Part shown: positions 48,331 to 58,887 of the stretch, piece by piece
Position numbering within the stretch: position 1 is the first letter of the stretch
Layout of the letters: each line of letters starts with the position of its first letter
From: Minutocellus sp. GHC0000111
Lineage: Eukaryota
Direction of reading: 5' to 3'
DNA length: 64,000 nt
Assembly: GCA_977018835.1 (NCBI GenBank)
Contig: OZ361256.1
Coordinates: forward strand, 558,001 to 622,000
Made by a program: the position numbers and the translations under genes
Notes under the pieces: generated by a model
Seen by the model: only the letters and a program-made list of their open reading frames with translations
The model's database searches: none
Told to the model about the DNA's origin: nothing

Positions 48331-50274
48331 CCTCGTCTCGAAGATGGCTGGGACATGTAACGTAGATCTATGCCAGGGGCTCAATGGGCGAGAAGATGGT
48401 TTTTGGCAAGTTGGATCGATTATTGTTCCGAACGGAAAAGGGCGACTCGCTTTCATCCTGGCGACAGAGAGATAAAACGTATCGGCATCTGATGCGTCTT
48501 GGACACCATTTGGCCCCCTTTGATCTCGTCACGCTTGGTTCTCTAGACAAAAAGAGATGGATCATTCATTGGAAGAGACGCACGTGAGCCGAGATTCTGC
48601 AGGCCAGAGCGACGCTCTGCCACAGATTCACCACGTTTGAGGTGTTTGAGTAGTCGCTCCCGAGATTTGGGGTTTCGGTATGCCAACTTATCGAGGAAGG
48701 GGGCAAGGGCAAAGTCTCGGAGAGGATCGCCAGTATACTTGATCTGGCCCAGTGATGAAGAGAATTTCTGGACCGTGGGATGATAATGGTGACTGGCGAG
48801 AGCAATTTCCCATAGACTGCACGGTGGTTCCTCGTTGGATGGTGCGGACTTGTCACCGGTACCGACGAAAGCTGCTCTTGGCTCGCGCTTGCTAGGATCA
48901 AAGACTCCGCCCGATGGAGTATCAAATGCAGTCTCCAACATTGGCTGGAACTTCATAACCTCACTAACTAGAAACAAACTGGCAGCCACTACCGGTGGGC
49001 CGGAATGGAAAGCTGTATGGAGTAGCCGTTTAGAGCAGGCAACTGCACGGGTACCGTCGGGGTCGTTCTTGGTGGCCTTGTATAAACGAGATTGAAGAAG
49101 AGCGTAATTTGACGACCGGATAGCATGGCCGGGTCAGAGAGTTTGGAGTAGAGGGCACGATAGAAGCGATCTCTTCGAGCTGATGCGGCGTCGGTGCGTC
49201 CTTGCGCAACTTTTGACTTGCCGCTACCTTCAGTGGCACCGCTACCATCGGGAGTGCCAACAGCGAGATTGTAGAGCATCATGAGGGCCTGCGTGCAGGC
49301 CGCTGGAGGACTGGTATGAGCAATACGATATAAAGCGTCAACGTGCTCCTCCATGGCGGCATCTCGACGGGGCAGGTAGGGATGGGCACGGTTGACGCCC
49401 GAAAGTAAGGCCGAAAGGAGCCGTCCGCGCATGGTCCCGTCGTCATGGGCGGTATTGCCTCCCTTGCTTTTCCCCTTGGCCTTGGAACGAGCAGCCTCGG
49501 ACTTCTTGATGGCCACCTCGAACAGTCGAAAATATGTGTTGATGAGTGACGCCGGGAGGGACTGTTGCTTCTTCTTTTTGGACCTCTCCTTCTTGACCAC
49601 CTTTTCATTGGCATCATTGTCGTCCTCGCTATCGTCATCGCTATCATTTCCATTACCAGGACCCTTATTGTCGTCCTCGTTGTCCTCTCTTCGAAGCTTC
49701 AATTGGTTCAAGAAGACGATGCAATTGTACAACGCCCTCGAGCTAAGATGAGGCCGGTGGGCCAGCTGCTGCACTTCTCTGGCCACCACAGCCGTCATGG
49801 CCGGATGCTGTTCCAGGACCAATCGCAGCTGATGACCCGCCGCACTTGCCACCTTCCGGGACGGATCACCAAGCTTGTTGGCAATCAGAGACAAAAACTG
49901 CGATTCGCCCTCGGGGAGGGAGGTGAGAAGATTGGACGCCGTGCGGAGGGTGGTGATCTTGTTGAGATCCAGCGTGGTTTCGGACAGAGTTCGGGAAAGA
50001 TACAGATCAACATATGCCGAACAGATCGGCTGTCCGTTTTCCGGGTTACCTCTTGCCGGAAGAGAATTTTTGTGGGCCGCAAGGAAAATTTTCCCTTGCG
50101 GCCTTCGCCTTGCTTTGCACGCGTTGAGTCCATCTCACTTCTCGGTTGAGGCCCCGAACGAACGTGGTGGATACCGAGTTGTCGCTCCTCCACCGTGGTT
50201 CTACCCTCCGACGGTTCTACCTCCGCTCCATCTGCGCTTCTCGTCTACTGTTTGGTTCCGTCATCGTCGTCGTC

Positions 50275-51372
50275 ATGGCCCCGACCAAGCGTCCTCGGAA
50301 TCGGCCGCCGCTCCAAACGTTCCTGCAGAGCGTGCCTCATCCCTCCCTGTGCCGTGGAAACCCCTACTCCCAGGACGTTCGTGAGATGGCCGTTGCCATC
50401 CGGCACTTCGACCTTGTCAACACCGCTACCACGGCTCTTCTTCGTGCCGTTCGCCGTGCTCCGTCCAAGCGCACCCTCCGTCGGTGGCGTCGTCGGTGGC
50501 TGACCTACGGTGACGTTCGGGCCTTCCGACGTACCGGCAACCGCAGGGCCACCGTCCTTCGTGGACTGGACCTCCTCAACCTGGCCTACTTTCGTGTCAT
50601 CTTCCCCAAGGCCACCCAGGCCGAGATGAACGTCCTCCTCTTCGGTGCCCAGATCGGCCGTGGCGAGCCCTGGCCAAGATTCTTCTCCCCGTCCCAGATC
50701 ACCAAGGCCGAGGACCGACTCGGCCTCTCCCGCAAGCGTGGATCGACGACGGCCTACCAGGCCCTCCTCCCCATCAACCTCATCCGTCGGAACCTGTTCT
50801 GGAACAGCAACTATCCCGCCGGACGTGCCGACATCAACTCCGAGGATATGATCGACCTGGACGAGGCTGGCGTCTTCCTCGAGACCTGCAACCGCAAGCA
50901 CGGCAAGGGATACATCGGATGCCGTATCCGAGAGGAGGGACCATACAACCACACCGAGAAGTACACCCTCACCATGGCCATTGCCGGTTCTCAGCAGGGT
51001 GAGAGATACTACCAATTCGAGCGCAAGGGAGGCACCACCACCGTCGACTTCCTCGATTTTATCCAAAACGTCGTGGCCGTTGTCGGACCTGGCACTCCCG
51101 CCCGCCGCCGATGCTTCACCATGGACAACCTCCTCGCCCACAAGCACCCTGCCGTCATTGGATACATCCTCATGTCTGGCCACCGAGTCCTCTTCCGCGC
51201 GCCCTACTACGCCGTCGATGGGCCGATCGAGTATTACTTCAATACCCTCCAGCATGAACTCACCATTGCTCTCCCTCGAGTCCGGACCCCCGGTGACCTA
51301 CACTTCGAGGTCAACCGCATCATCGCCGGTACACCCAACTTCCGCAACTTTTTCACTAGCCTCGGTCTTTAG
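50275..51372 (+). CDS. IS630/Tc1-family transposase, intact, 365 aa
   Basis: YSQDVRE...SKRTLRRW HTH; IDLDEAG / TMDNLLAH / APYYAVDGPIE with D-34-E spacing. Confidence 0.93.
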   Translation: MAPTKRPRNRPPLQTFLQSVPHPSLCRGNPYSQDVREMAVAIRHFDLVNTATTALLRAVRRAPSKRTLRRWRRRWLTYGDVRAFRRTGNRRATVLRGLDLLNLAYFRVIFPKATQAEMNVLLFGAQIGRGEPWPRFFSPSQITKAEDRLGLSRKRGSTTAYQALLPINLIRRNLFWNSNYPAGRADINSEDMIDLDEAGVFLETCNRKHGKGYIGCRIREEGPYNHTEKYTLTMAIAGSQQGERYYQFERKGGTTTVDFLDFIQNVVAVVGPGTPARRRCFTMDNLLAHKHPAVIGYILMSGHRVLFRAPYYAVDGPIEYYFNTLQHELTIALPRVRTPGDLHFEVNRIIAGTPNFRNFFTSLGL

Positions 51373-51678
51373 ATAGTTTATATGGAATAAGCTAATAATA
51401 TACTTTGGCTACTCATTCATATCTGCATAAGTAATACCGGTATCAAGAACAGAGGAGGGCCAAGCCATACCAGATGGACCGACCGAGCAACCGGCCGGCC
51501 AAATGATGATGAAAGTTGGACCGGGATGAAGGCTCATCGGACATGTTATTGTATATCCATATATATTTGTACATACTACTACTACTATCTTGTTACTCTA
51601 CTTGATTGATTGAATACAGATGCGTCGGCGTATCCCAAACTCCGACGCAAATATAATGTAAAATAAAAGGTGAAGAAA

Positions 51679-53914
51679 TTAATCATCACCCATGATATCT
51701 TGCAGCTTGTATACCATCTGCTGCGAATCCTCAATACCTTGATTCTCGACTCCGTCCCCGATGATGTGATCGAGGAGGTCCTTGTTCTCCTTCTTGAGAC
51801 AAGCAGTGAGGGTGGTCTTGCTCTTCTTCCTCTCCTGTTCCTCCTCCTCGGTCTCCTCCTTGTAGACGGGCTTTCCACTCTTCGTCATGTCGTAGTGATC
51901 AACCTTACGCTGGGAAGCCTTGGTAAGCCTACCAATGGACCTATTCTTCATATCCGTCTTCGGAGAGTACTTGGTGGACGTACGAGTGGTCGACGATGAT
52001 TCGACCGCCTGATACTGACCAATGGTCTTGGGTGGCGAATACGTGAGGTCACAGAGGATAGAGGCACTGCTGGCAGCAACCATGGACGAAGAAGCTGCCG
52101 TCGTGGACGATACCGTCGTCTGCTTGAATTGGACAGCAGGGAAGGAAAAAGAAGATGCCGCGGCATTGGCACTGCCTTTCTCCGTGCCAAACGGATTGTT
52201 GAAGGAATAGGTCTTGGTGGTGGACGAGGTGGTCCTGGTGGCGATGGGGGGCTTACCATATGGGTGGTAGTTCGCCTTGGACTTGCGCTTCGACGATGAC
52301 TTGTGAGGCACCTTGGCGGGATCCTTGGTGTTGAGGCTGTTGGTGGCCTCACGATGGTTCGATCGGGAGGGAGCGAAGGCGCGAGCATCGATGACTCCTT
52401 GACCGCCCGGAAGATGATACGTACTGGTAAGGCCCTTCGGTGCCATGGTAGCACGGGCAACCTGCCGCCAGGGATTGTGCTGGTCCATCCCCATCGTCTT
52501 GGCGACGCCAGCAGCCGCAATTTCAGCCCGAAGCTGGGAGGCCTCTTGCTGCCACTCTTGAGGGGTTTGGTAGGCAGTCTGGAAATGAGAACGATGATTT
52601 AGTTCCTTGGCAGCAGCAGACGCTGCGGTGGACAAGATGGCGCCCATGGCACCGGCCGAGTTCTGAATCGCCATGTCACGGGCAACCAGCGATGGGGCCT
52701 GGTCACCCTTGGCGAGCTCGAGGGACGGGGCAATGGTGTGCATCTTGAGCAGCTGTACGATCAAGTCGAGTTTGGTTTGGTTGGAGAGGATGCAATGGTG
52801 CAAATCGTGGATCAGTCAGTTGAGACTGTGGAAAGGCAAAGAAGGCACCATCCACATGCAATGAAAGGACACACATACAAATGCAATACAAAAAGATGCT
52901 CACATCGTAGGCCGCTGCACACTGGCACCGACAGTAGGGGCACTCGGTACCGTTGGGTCCATCGTCCTTGTACGCCTCCTGCGTCTCTTGGTTGACACAA
53001 CGGATCGGGCACGTGCTGGCCTGGTCAGACCCATTCTTGACACGGCGGAACGATCGACAGCAGCACCGCGCCGTCAGCGGCTCCATGGTGGGCTTTGGAG
53101 GTGCACGGCTGGTCTTGCCACCCTTGGCCGACTCCCTCGTTGCGCCGGGGTTGCTGGCCTTGGCCTCGTCGAACGCCTTCTTATCGACAGCATGCTTGCG
53201 AGTCTTGGCCTCGTTCCGCTGCTGGATCCCCGCCATATCCTTGACCATATCGATCGACGTATGCTTGCAAAAAAGACATTTGGCATGAGCTGGATCTGCT
53301 GGCACAACCCAATCCCCCTGGCCATGTCCCACAGTGGTGGGCAGCTCCGAGAGGTCCAGCTTGACCTGGGCGGCCTTGACCTGGGCCTGCTTCTCCGAGA
53401 GGACCTGGGTCTTGGCAGCCTCGACGGCATCCTTGAATTGCTTGGAGGCGGCGATGAGCTTGGAGCGGAGCTCGTTCGAGGCGGTGGTGCTGTAGGGCCA
53501 CTTGCTGTCGTCGGATACGAGCCGACCGAGGACGTCGGATACGGTGAACCACGACCTGCTGACGGTGATGGCGCTGTTGGGCAGCTTGAGTTCGTGCTGC
53601 TGGCCAACCTTCTTGAGGGGGAGGGCCATCTCGAACGACTTCTTGTCGTCGTCGCTGAGCTTCTCCAGGATGCTGGCTCGAATGGGGCCAACGCCGACGG
53701 AGGCGAGCGTCCGCTTCTTGACATCCATCTTGCCGACAATTTTGGGTGATTTGAGGGCGTCGAGTATCTCGCCTGTCGTCGGCTGGTAGGTGAACATGGC
53801 ATTGAAGTCCTCGCCGGCGATGGCCTCGGTACCATCCAGACAGATGACGTCGTTGTTGTTGTCGTCGGCGGCGGCGGCGGCCGCTGCGGTGGCACCCTGG
53901 GAGCGGTTCGCCAT
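51679..53914 (-). CDS. Transposon-borne Cys-rich (putative zinc-binding) protein, ~695 aa, intron 52903-52753
   Basis: CLFCKH, CCCRSF, CPIRC, CPYCRCQC; the GTGAG donor and TACAG acceptor join ORFs 52703-53914 and 51679-52803 in phase 0; lies wholly between the TIRs. Confidence 0.78.
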
Positions 53915-56012
53915 GGTCTCGTGGGGGCTGTATGCCCGTCAACGCGTGCAAAGCAAGGCGATTGCCGGAGCAAGAAAATCGGCTTGCGGCCCTCAAAAAT
54001 TCTCTTCCGGCAAAAGGTAACCCGGAAAACGGACAGCCGATCTGAAAATCGTAGCATCTTGTCTTGAGATGTTCCTCGTGTCGCCACAACAGCAAAACTC
54101 GAGGCGACAGAGCACGCTTGGCATCGGTCTCGTACAAATGCAGAGGCCGCCCATCCATGGCAATCAGCTTCCGATTGTTTGGAAGGAGAGCGTTGGCAAA
54201 CAAATCGGCCAGGGCCTCCGAGGCCAGCTGCGCCACGCGATCGTTTGGTCTGCCTGGTCAAGCCACATGTTGAGCAGCATGTCAGCTTCGGCAGCCACAA
54301 CGTCCTGCCGCTCTCCTTGCCTGCTTTGTCGTCGTCATCGCCATCATCGCTCTCACCATCATGTTCTCTCTCGGAAGTCTTGACCTCGTCGCTCCGCTTT
54401 GCGACAGAATCGCATTCGATGCCCGTCCCCACCGCCATTGTTGTCGGTCTCGTCCTCCTCTTGCTTAGATGCCGCTGCCGAAGAAATTGTCGGCCGCTAC
54501 TTTGCATTTGCTTCTGCCGCCGCCGCCTCCCAGGAATGAGCCGCCGAGCGTCGACGGTCAACGACAAGCGACGATGTGCAGAGCCAGCGATGTGTGGCTT
54601 CGATGCATCTCGACTGGCCGCTGTTGCATCATGGGATGAGGAGGAGAGAAAGAAGAGAATTTCCAAGCATGGACGGACATGATGTGCGTTGAGCTTCAAA
54701 TTTTGGCGCATCGCGCCTGTCCTCCGTCCGTATTTACGTACGAAACAGCCCACCAAACTGTCCCGCATAAAGACCTCGAGGTCCATCCAGAATGCTTACT
54801 GGACGCTGATCGTAACAATGGCAATGGTAACAACACAAAATCAACAAGAATAGAACAAAGAGAAACAATACATGTACGAATGCGAGGACTGCAGGACGAG
54901 CACCAACCTATCCCGCACGACGCACCCACTCCTGGCGGCGGCGGCATTGCGACGTGTGGCCGACCTATGAACTTGAGGGGATGACGTACTACTGCTTCCG
55001 ACGGCAGAGGGGACAAGCACGGTCGTCGGCGTTATCCGGTAGGAGGAGCAGGAGGGAGAACTGGCCCGGACGGTACTCCTTCCGGCTTTTAATCATAAAA
55101 TCAATTTTCAACTGATGGAAGCCAATGGCCGTGGCACAGAGAGTGAGAAGGAAGAAGATGACCTGATGCATATGAAATACAATGATGATGGCAATGATGA
55201 TGGCGAGGCTGAGGACGATGATGTTATCGATCTTTCGAACATAATGGATTTGCATATTGGTGACGAATGTCCACTGCCAACTTCAAAAAGACTAGGTAGT
55301 TGGGACCGGAATCGCTCCTCGATGTCCTGTATGGTCTCGCCAAGTTGTCCGATATCAAGAGGCGTACTCCCAACGCGGGTGGTGGCTCGTTCCGGCCGTT
55401 GGCCGTCGCAACATGTCGGGCGATTGCATCCGACGACGAGGGACCTCATACGTTCCAAAGCTATGGCATACTAACTGGTAGAGACGGTGTGGTCCCTTCC
55501 CGTTTTGAATCTGAAGGATGAGACGGTGCTGCTTGTTCCCGAGTTCCAAAGGTGGGAGAGACCATGGGCAATAGCATTTGCAAGCGCACGACGACAAAGG
55601 TGCAGGGTGACAGAACATGCTCCACCCTTTACCTCGGTCTCAAAGATGGGCGAGTTGTCACTGCATCGCCCCGAGCTACCGTCATGCGAGCACAAACTCT
55701 TGAAAGTCTTCGTTGCTTTCACCGTGTGCTCCGATAACAAGTGGGATGGCGACTCCCCTACAGTAGAGGCAGGAGAGGCAAGCGCCGCGACGATGTGAAG
55801 TAGAGATCCGATACTAGGATCGTGGAGTTGCCACTGTAAATATAAACACACTTAGACTTAGACTTAGATGATGTGAAGTAGAATCTAAACATTATCCCCA
55901 GGCGTCAACATAATGCCGACGATCTTCATAGGCCGAGCAACGGGCAAAGCTTGGCACGGCGAAGTATAGCCCAGAAATATGTAGGCATGGAGCTGTGCAT
56001 GCATTGCTCTTT

Positions 56013-58060
56013 TTACATCTGCTCTTCGGCGGCTCTCGCAGCGCCTTCTTCTTGAACCCCCTCTTGCATGATTTCGCTCAAGCGATGCGCCAATGTTGCA
56101 GAATCATCCAGGCCCGCGAGCTCGTTGAGAGTGGAGGCCCTGACAACCATCTTGAAGCCACGAATGTCGTTAGATTCGTCTTCTTCGATATTGAGAGTGC
56201 ACTGGGCCGGGCGTAAGGTTTGAGATGCAGACTTGTTGTTCTTGGCAATCTTGTTGCCGCTGTCTTTACCCTTGCCGCTCGCAATCTCGGGCAGGGCAAG
56301 GTCATAGGCGGAAATCTTCAAACGGGTGAATGAAGAACCAGCGTCAGTATCAACATCGAAGAGGTCGTAGGTATCGTCGTCATTGACTCCACTCTTGGCG
56401 TTTGTCTTGTTGACAATGTTCTCTGTTTTGCTGCGATGGAACTCAACCTCGAACTCATGCTTCGCTGCATCCAAAGCAACGATTCTACCGTTGCGCCCGG
56501 CTAGAGTTGGGTGGTCATCGGCAACCATTACCGTGCTCTTGGATCTGGTCCTGAAATAAATGAGAAAATACGAACATGAAAGATTTTAGGAGCGATCTTG
56601 GCTGTACAAAACGCGTAACAACATTGATGAAAAGTACAGTAGGACATGATTAGAACATGGAATCGAATCGCTCACCGATACCCATAGAGATTCTCATAGA
56701 CCCTCGCACATTCTTTCTTGAGTGCTTCGACAAGAACATCATTCGATGAGGCATCCTCGAGATTTTCACAGTGCTGGAGACGACAATAATATTCGCAAGA
56801 CACCAATTTGAATAAATTCTTGGTGTGCAGATCACGATGAAATTGCTCTGCAGACCAGAACCGAAATCGTTCCTTGGCTTCTGGAGACGGTGCTGTGATT
56901 GATTGGTCGACACTGCCGCCACTTCCCGCAGGCTCGAGAAGTTCGGGCGGCGTATTCTTCGATTCCTGTTCAGTTGGGTTCTCCACCTCTTCGGCCTTCG
57001 TAGTGGACGTGAGAGTAGACGGAACAAATTCAGTAGCTGAAGGACTGAGCTTTCTGCCATCCCATTGCTTCCTGGTAACGTGCATAAAGCGGCAGTCCAC
57101 CTGGCGACATGGCTTCCCTAGGACGCACTTGTCCTTGCTCCAATAGGACTCTGGCTTCATCACATAACTCTTAGACCTTTCGATACTTTCTCTCGAGTAA
57201 GCCTCGGAGTCTTCCCAGTGCAATTCTTCCTTGGTCCGAGGATCATTTGGGATGCTCGGAGGGACAAGGAATTGGAAATTTCCATCCTCGTCGTAGCAAT
57301 AGAGGTCGGGGACGAATTCAATCGGATTTCTGCCATCGCCTTCGACGTCCGATGAATGCGAGTGCGTCGGACCAAACATCGGAACAGGGACAGAGTAGAA
57401 AACTACGCCTTCCATGTCTGGAGGAACAAAGACCGGGATGTGGGAAGGGGTTGGGTGACAACGATGGTAGGTCGGAGGAGGGGGGAGGAGAGAAGGCTGC
57501 GGCTTCTGCACCTGCCCCTGCGCACCACCCTGCTGCTTTTGCGCCTCCTGCCGAGCCACGTAGTGCTTTCGCCTTTCCCTCTTCTCTTTCCGAGAAGGGT
57601 CAAGCAAATTTAGCTTTCTATTCAGTTCGCTTATCTCGGTCTGCTTTTCCGCCTCCCTTTGCTGCTCGGGTGTCCGCTCTTGAGCCTTCTTCTTACGCTT
57701 TGTTGCAGAGTTGGCACCGCGCCTCGTTGGTTTGCCCCTGGAAGCGGTATTGGTACCTCCCGTGGCCTTTGTCACGCCGCCCGTGGCCTTGGCGGGCTTG
57801 CACGGAGCAGATAGGGGAGGCTGAAAAGAAGGCGGAGGATGATACTGACCATCGACCGAGACGATACCAGTAGGGACAGCCGGCACGCCGCCTACAGAGG
57901 GGCCAGACGCCGTCGTCATGGCATTGGCAGGTTTGGCAGGGGACGAGAATCCCTGCTGCTGCGGGAAGGAGTGCACAAAGCGGCAACTGCCACCATACCT
58001 GCATACGCCTCTCGGAAAGAAGGAGCAGAGTCGCTGAGAGGATGAGGCGTCGCTATACAT
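56013..58060 (-). CDS. CCCH zinc-finger protein (exons 58060-56676, 56550-56013); a degraded continuation to ~54900 is possible
   Basis: CSFFPRGVCRYGGSCRFVH and CVLGKPCRQVDCRFMH; GTGAG..TTTCAG intron joins in phase 2. Confidence 0.7.
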
Positions 58061-58887
58061 GATCGCTCGGCGCTCTGCCTACTACTGGTATTAGCACCTA
58101 CTTATTGAAGAGTTCGATCGTCTTGCAATCCAATCCGAGGACCGAGGAAGCCAGTTCTGATCTGCCTCTGCGGCGACGGAAAGACAGATTTTTATTTATT
58201 TTTTCCCCACTGACTTGCAGACTTGCAGGCGACTGGCATCCCCACCACCGTATCGTTGAATCGCATCGACTCGGTGTATCTTGCCATCTCGCCCATTGCC
58301 TGTCTGTGCGATGAAATTGTCGAGTGGTTGTCGAGTGACGTGTTGGTGCTGGGAGATGAGGCGAAGCAATTGACCAGCCAGTCGTTCATTGCCGTCTACG
58401 ATCGTACTCTTAGCTAGACGTTGGTTCCGCCCCTTTGCTCGGTAGGCACACATTGAACTGCCCTGCCTCCCTCACGTGCCTTGCTTGATTGCTTGAGTTG
58501 GACAGTCCAGTTGGACCTTTGCTCGCTCTCTCTTGGGCGGTATCTTTTTCGACCGGCAGCACATACTCAGTACGTACCAATTGAATGACTGTACTAGATT
58601 TCCCCTAACTCCATCCACGGAATGAATCAGCCAAACGGGGAAGGAAGCGAGACATATTCCGCCAGAGCCGGTGGAAGGGTAGCGTCGGCGGTGACAATGC
58701 TCATGCTGATGGTAAGGATGGTGGTGGTCAACGCCAGTCTCCGCCGAGGTCTGCCGGCTTTGCCCGGGCGGCATCGGCGGCGATCAAGCCCGGCAGTCCC
58801 TCGGCGTCGGTTCGGAGGGCGCGTGGGATACCCATCCAGAGACACGGGCAGCAGCAGCAGCAACGACATGACCAGCAACAGCAACAT

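Larger units (their letters stand above)
50022..54044 (+). mobile_element. IS630/Tc1-type DNA transposon (DD34E), ~4.0 kb, 106-bp TIRs, two convergent genes
   Basis: TIRs 50022-50127 and 53939-54044 (CAGATCGGCTGTCCGTTTTCCGGGTTACC...TTGCACGCGTTGA); NOC1 coding sequence resumes on both sides. Confidence 0.93.
48543..54290 (-). pseudogene. NOC1: NOC1/MAK21/CEBPZ (CBF domain) gene fragment, split by a transposon at 50022-54044 and frameshifted
   Basis: LLPNNRKL..LLLWRHEEHLK | NKLGDP..VASAAGHQL, RLLSALLSGVNRAHPY, DRFYRALYSKL, FDPSKREP, SLWE...HYHPTV, YTGDPLRDFALAPFLDKLAYRNPK; frameshift at 49081-49084. Confidence 0.9.

Noticed and set aside
50245..51255. 336-aa antisense ORF over the transposase
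   Set aside because: Shadow frame from strong C-ending codon bias; no motifs
51679..53914. Partner gene as a Fanzor/TnpB nuclease
   Set aside because: No RuvC D-E-D motifs seen; the C-terminal half is low-complexity
53074..54786. 570-aa and 351-aa ORFs crossing the right TIR
   Set aside because: Chimeric read-through of the NOC1 remnant, the TIR and off-frames of the Cys-rich gene
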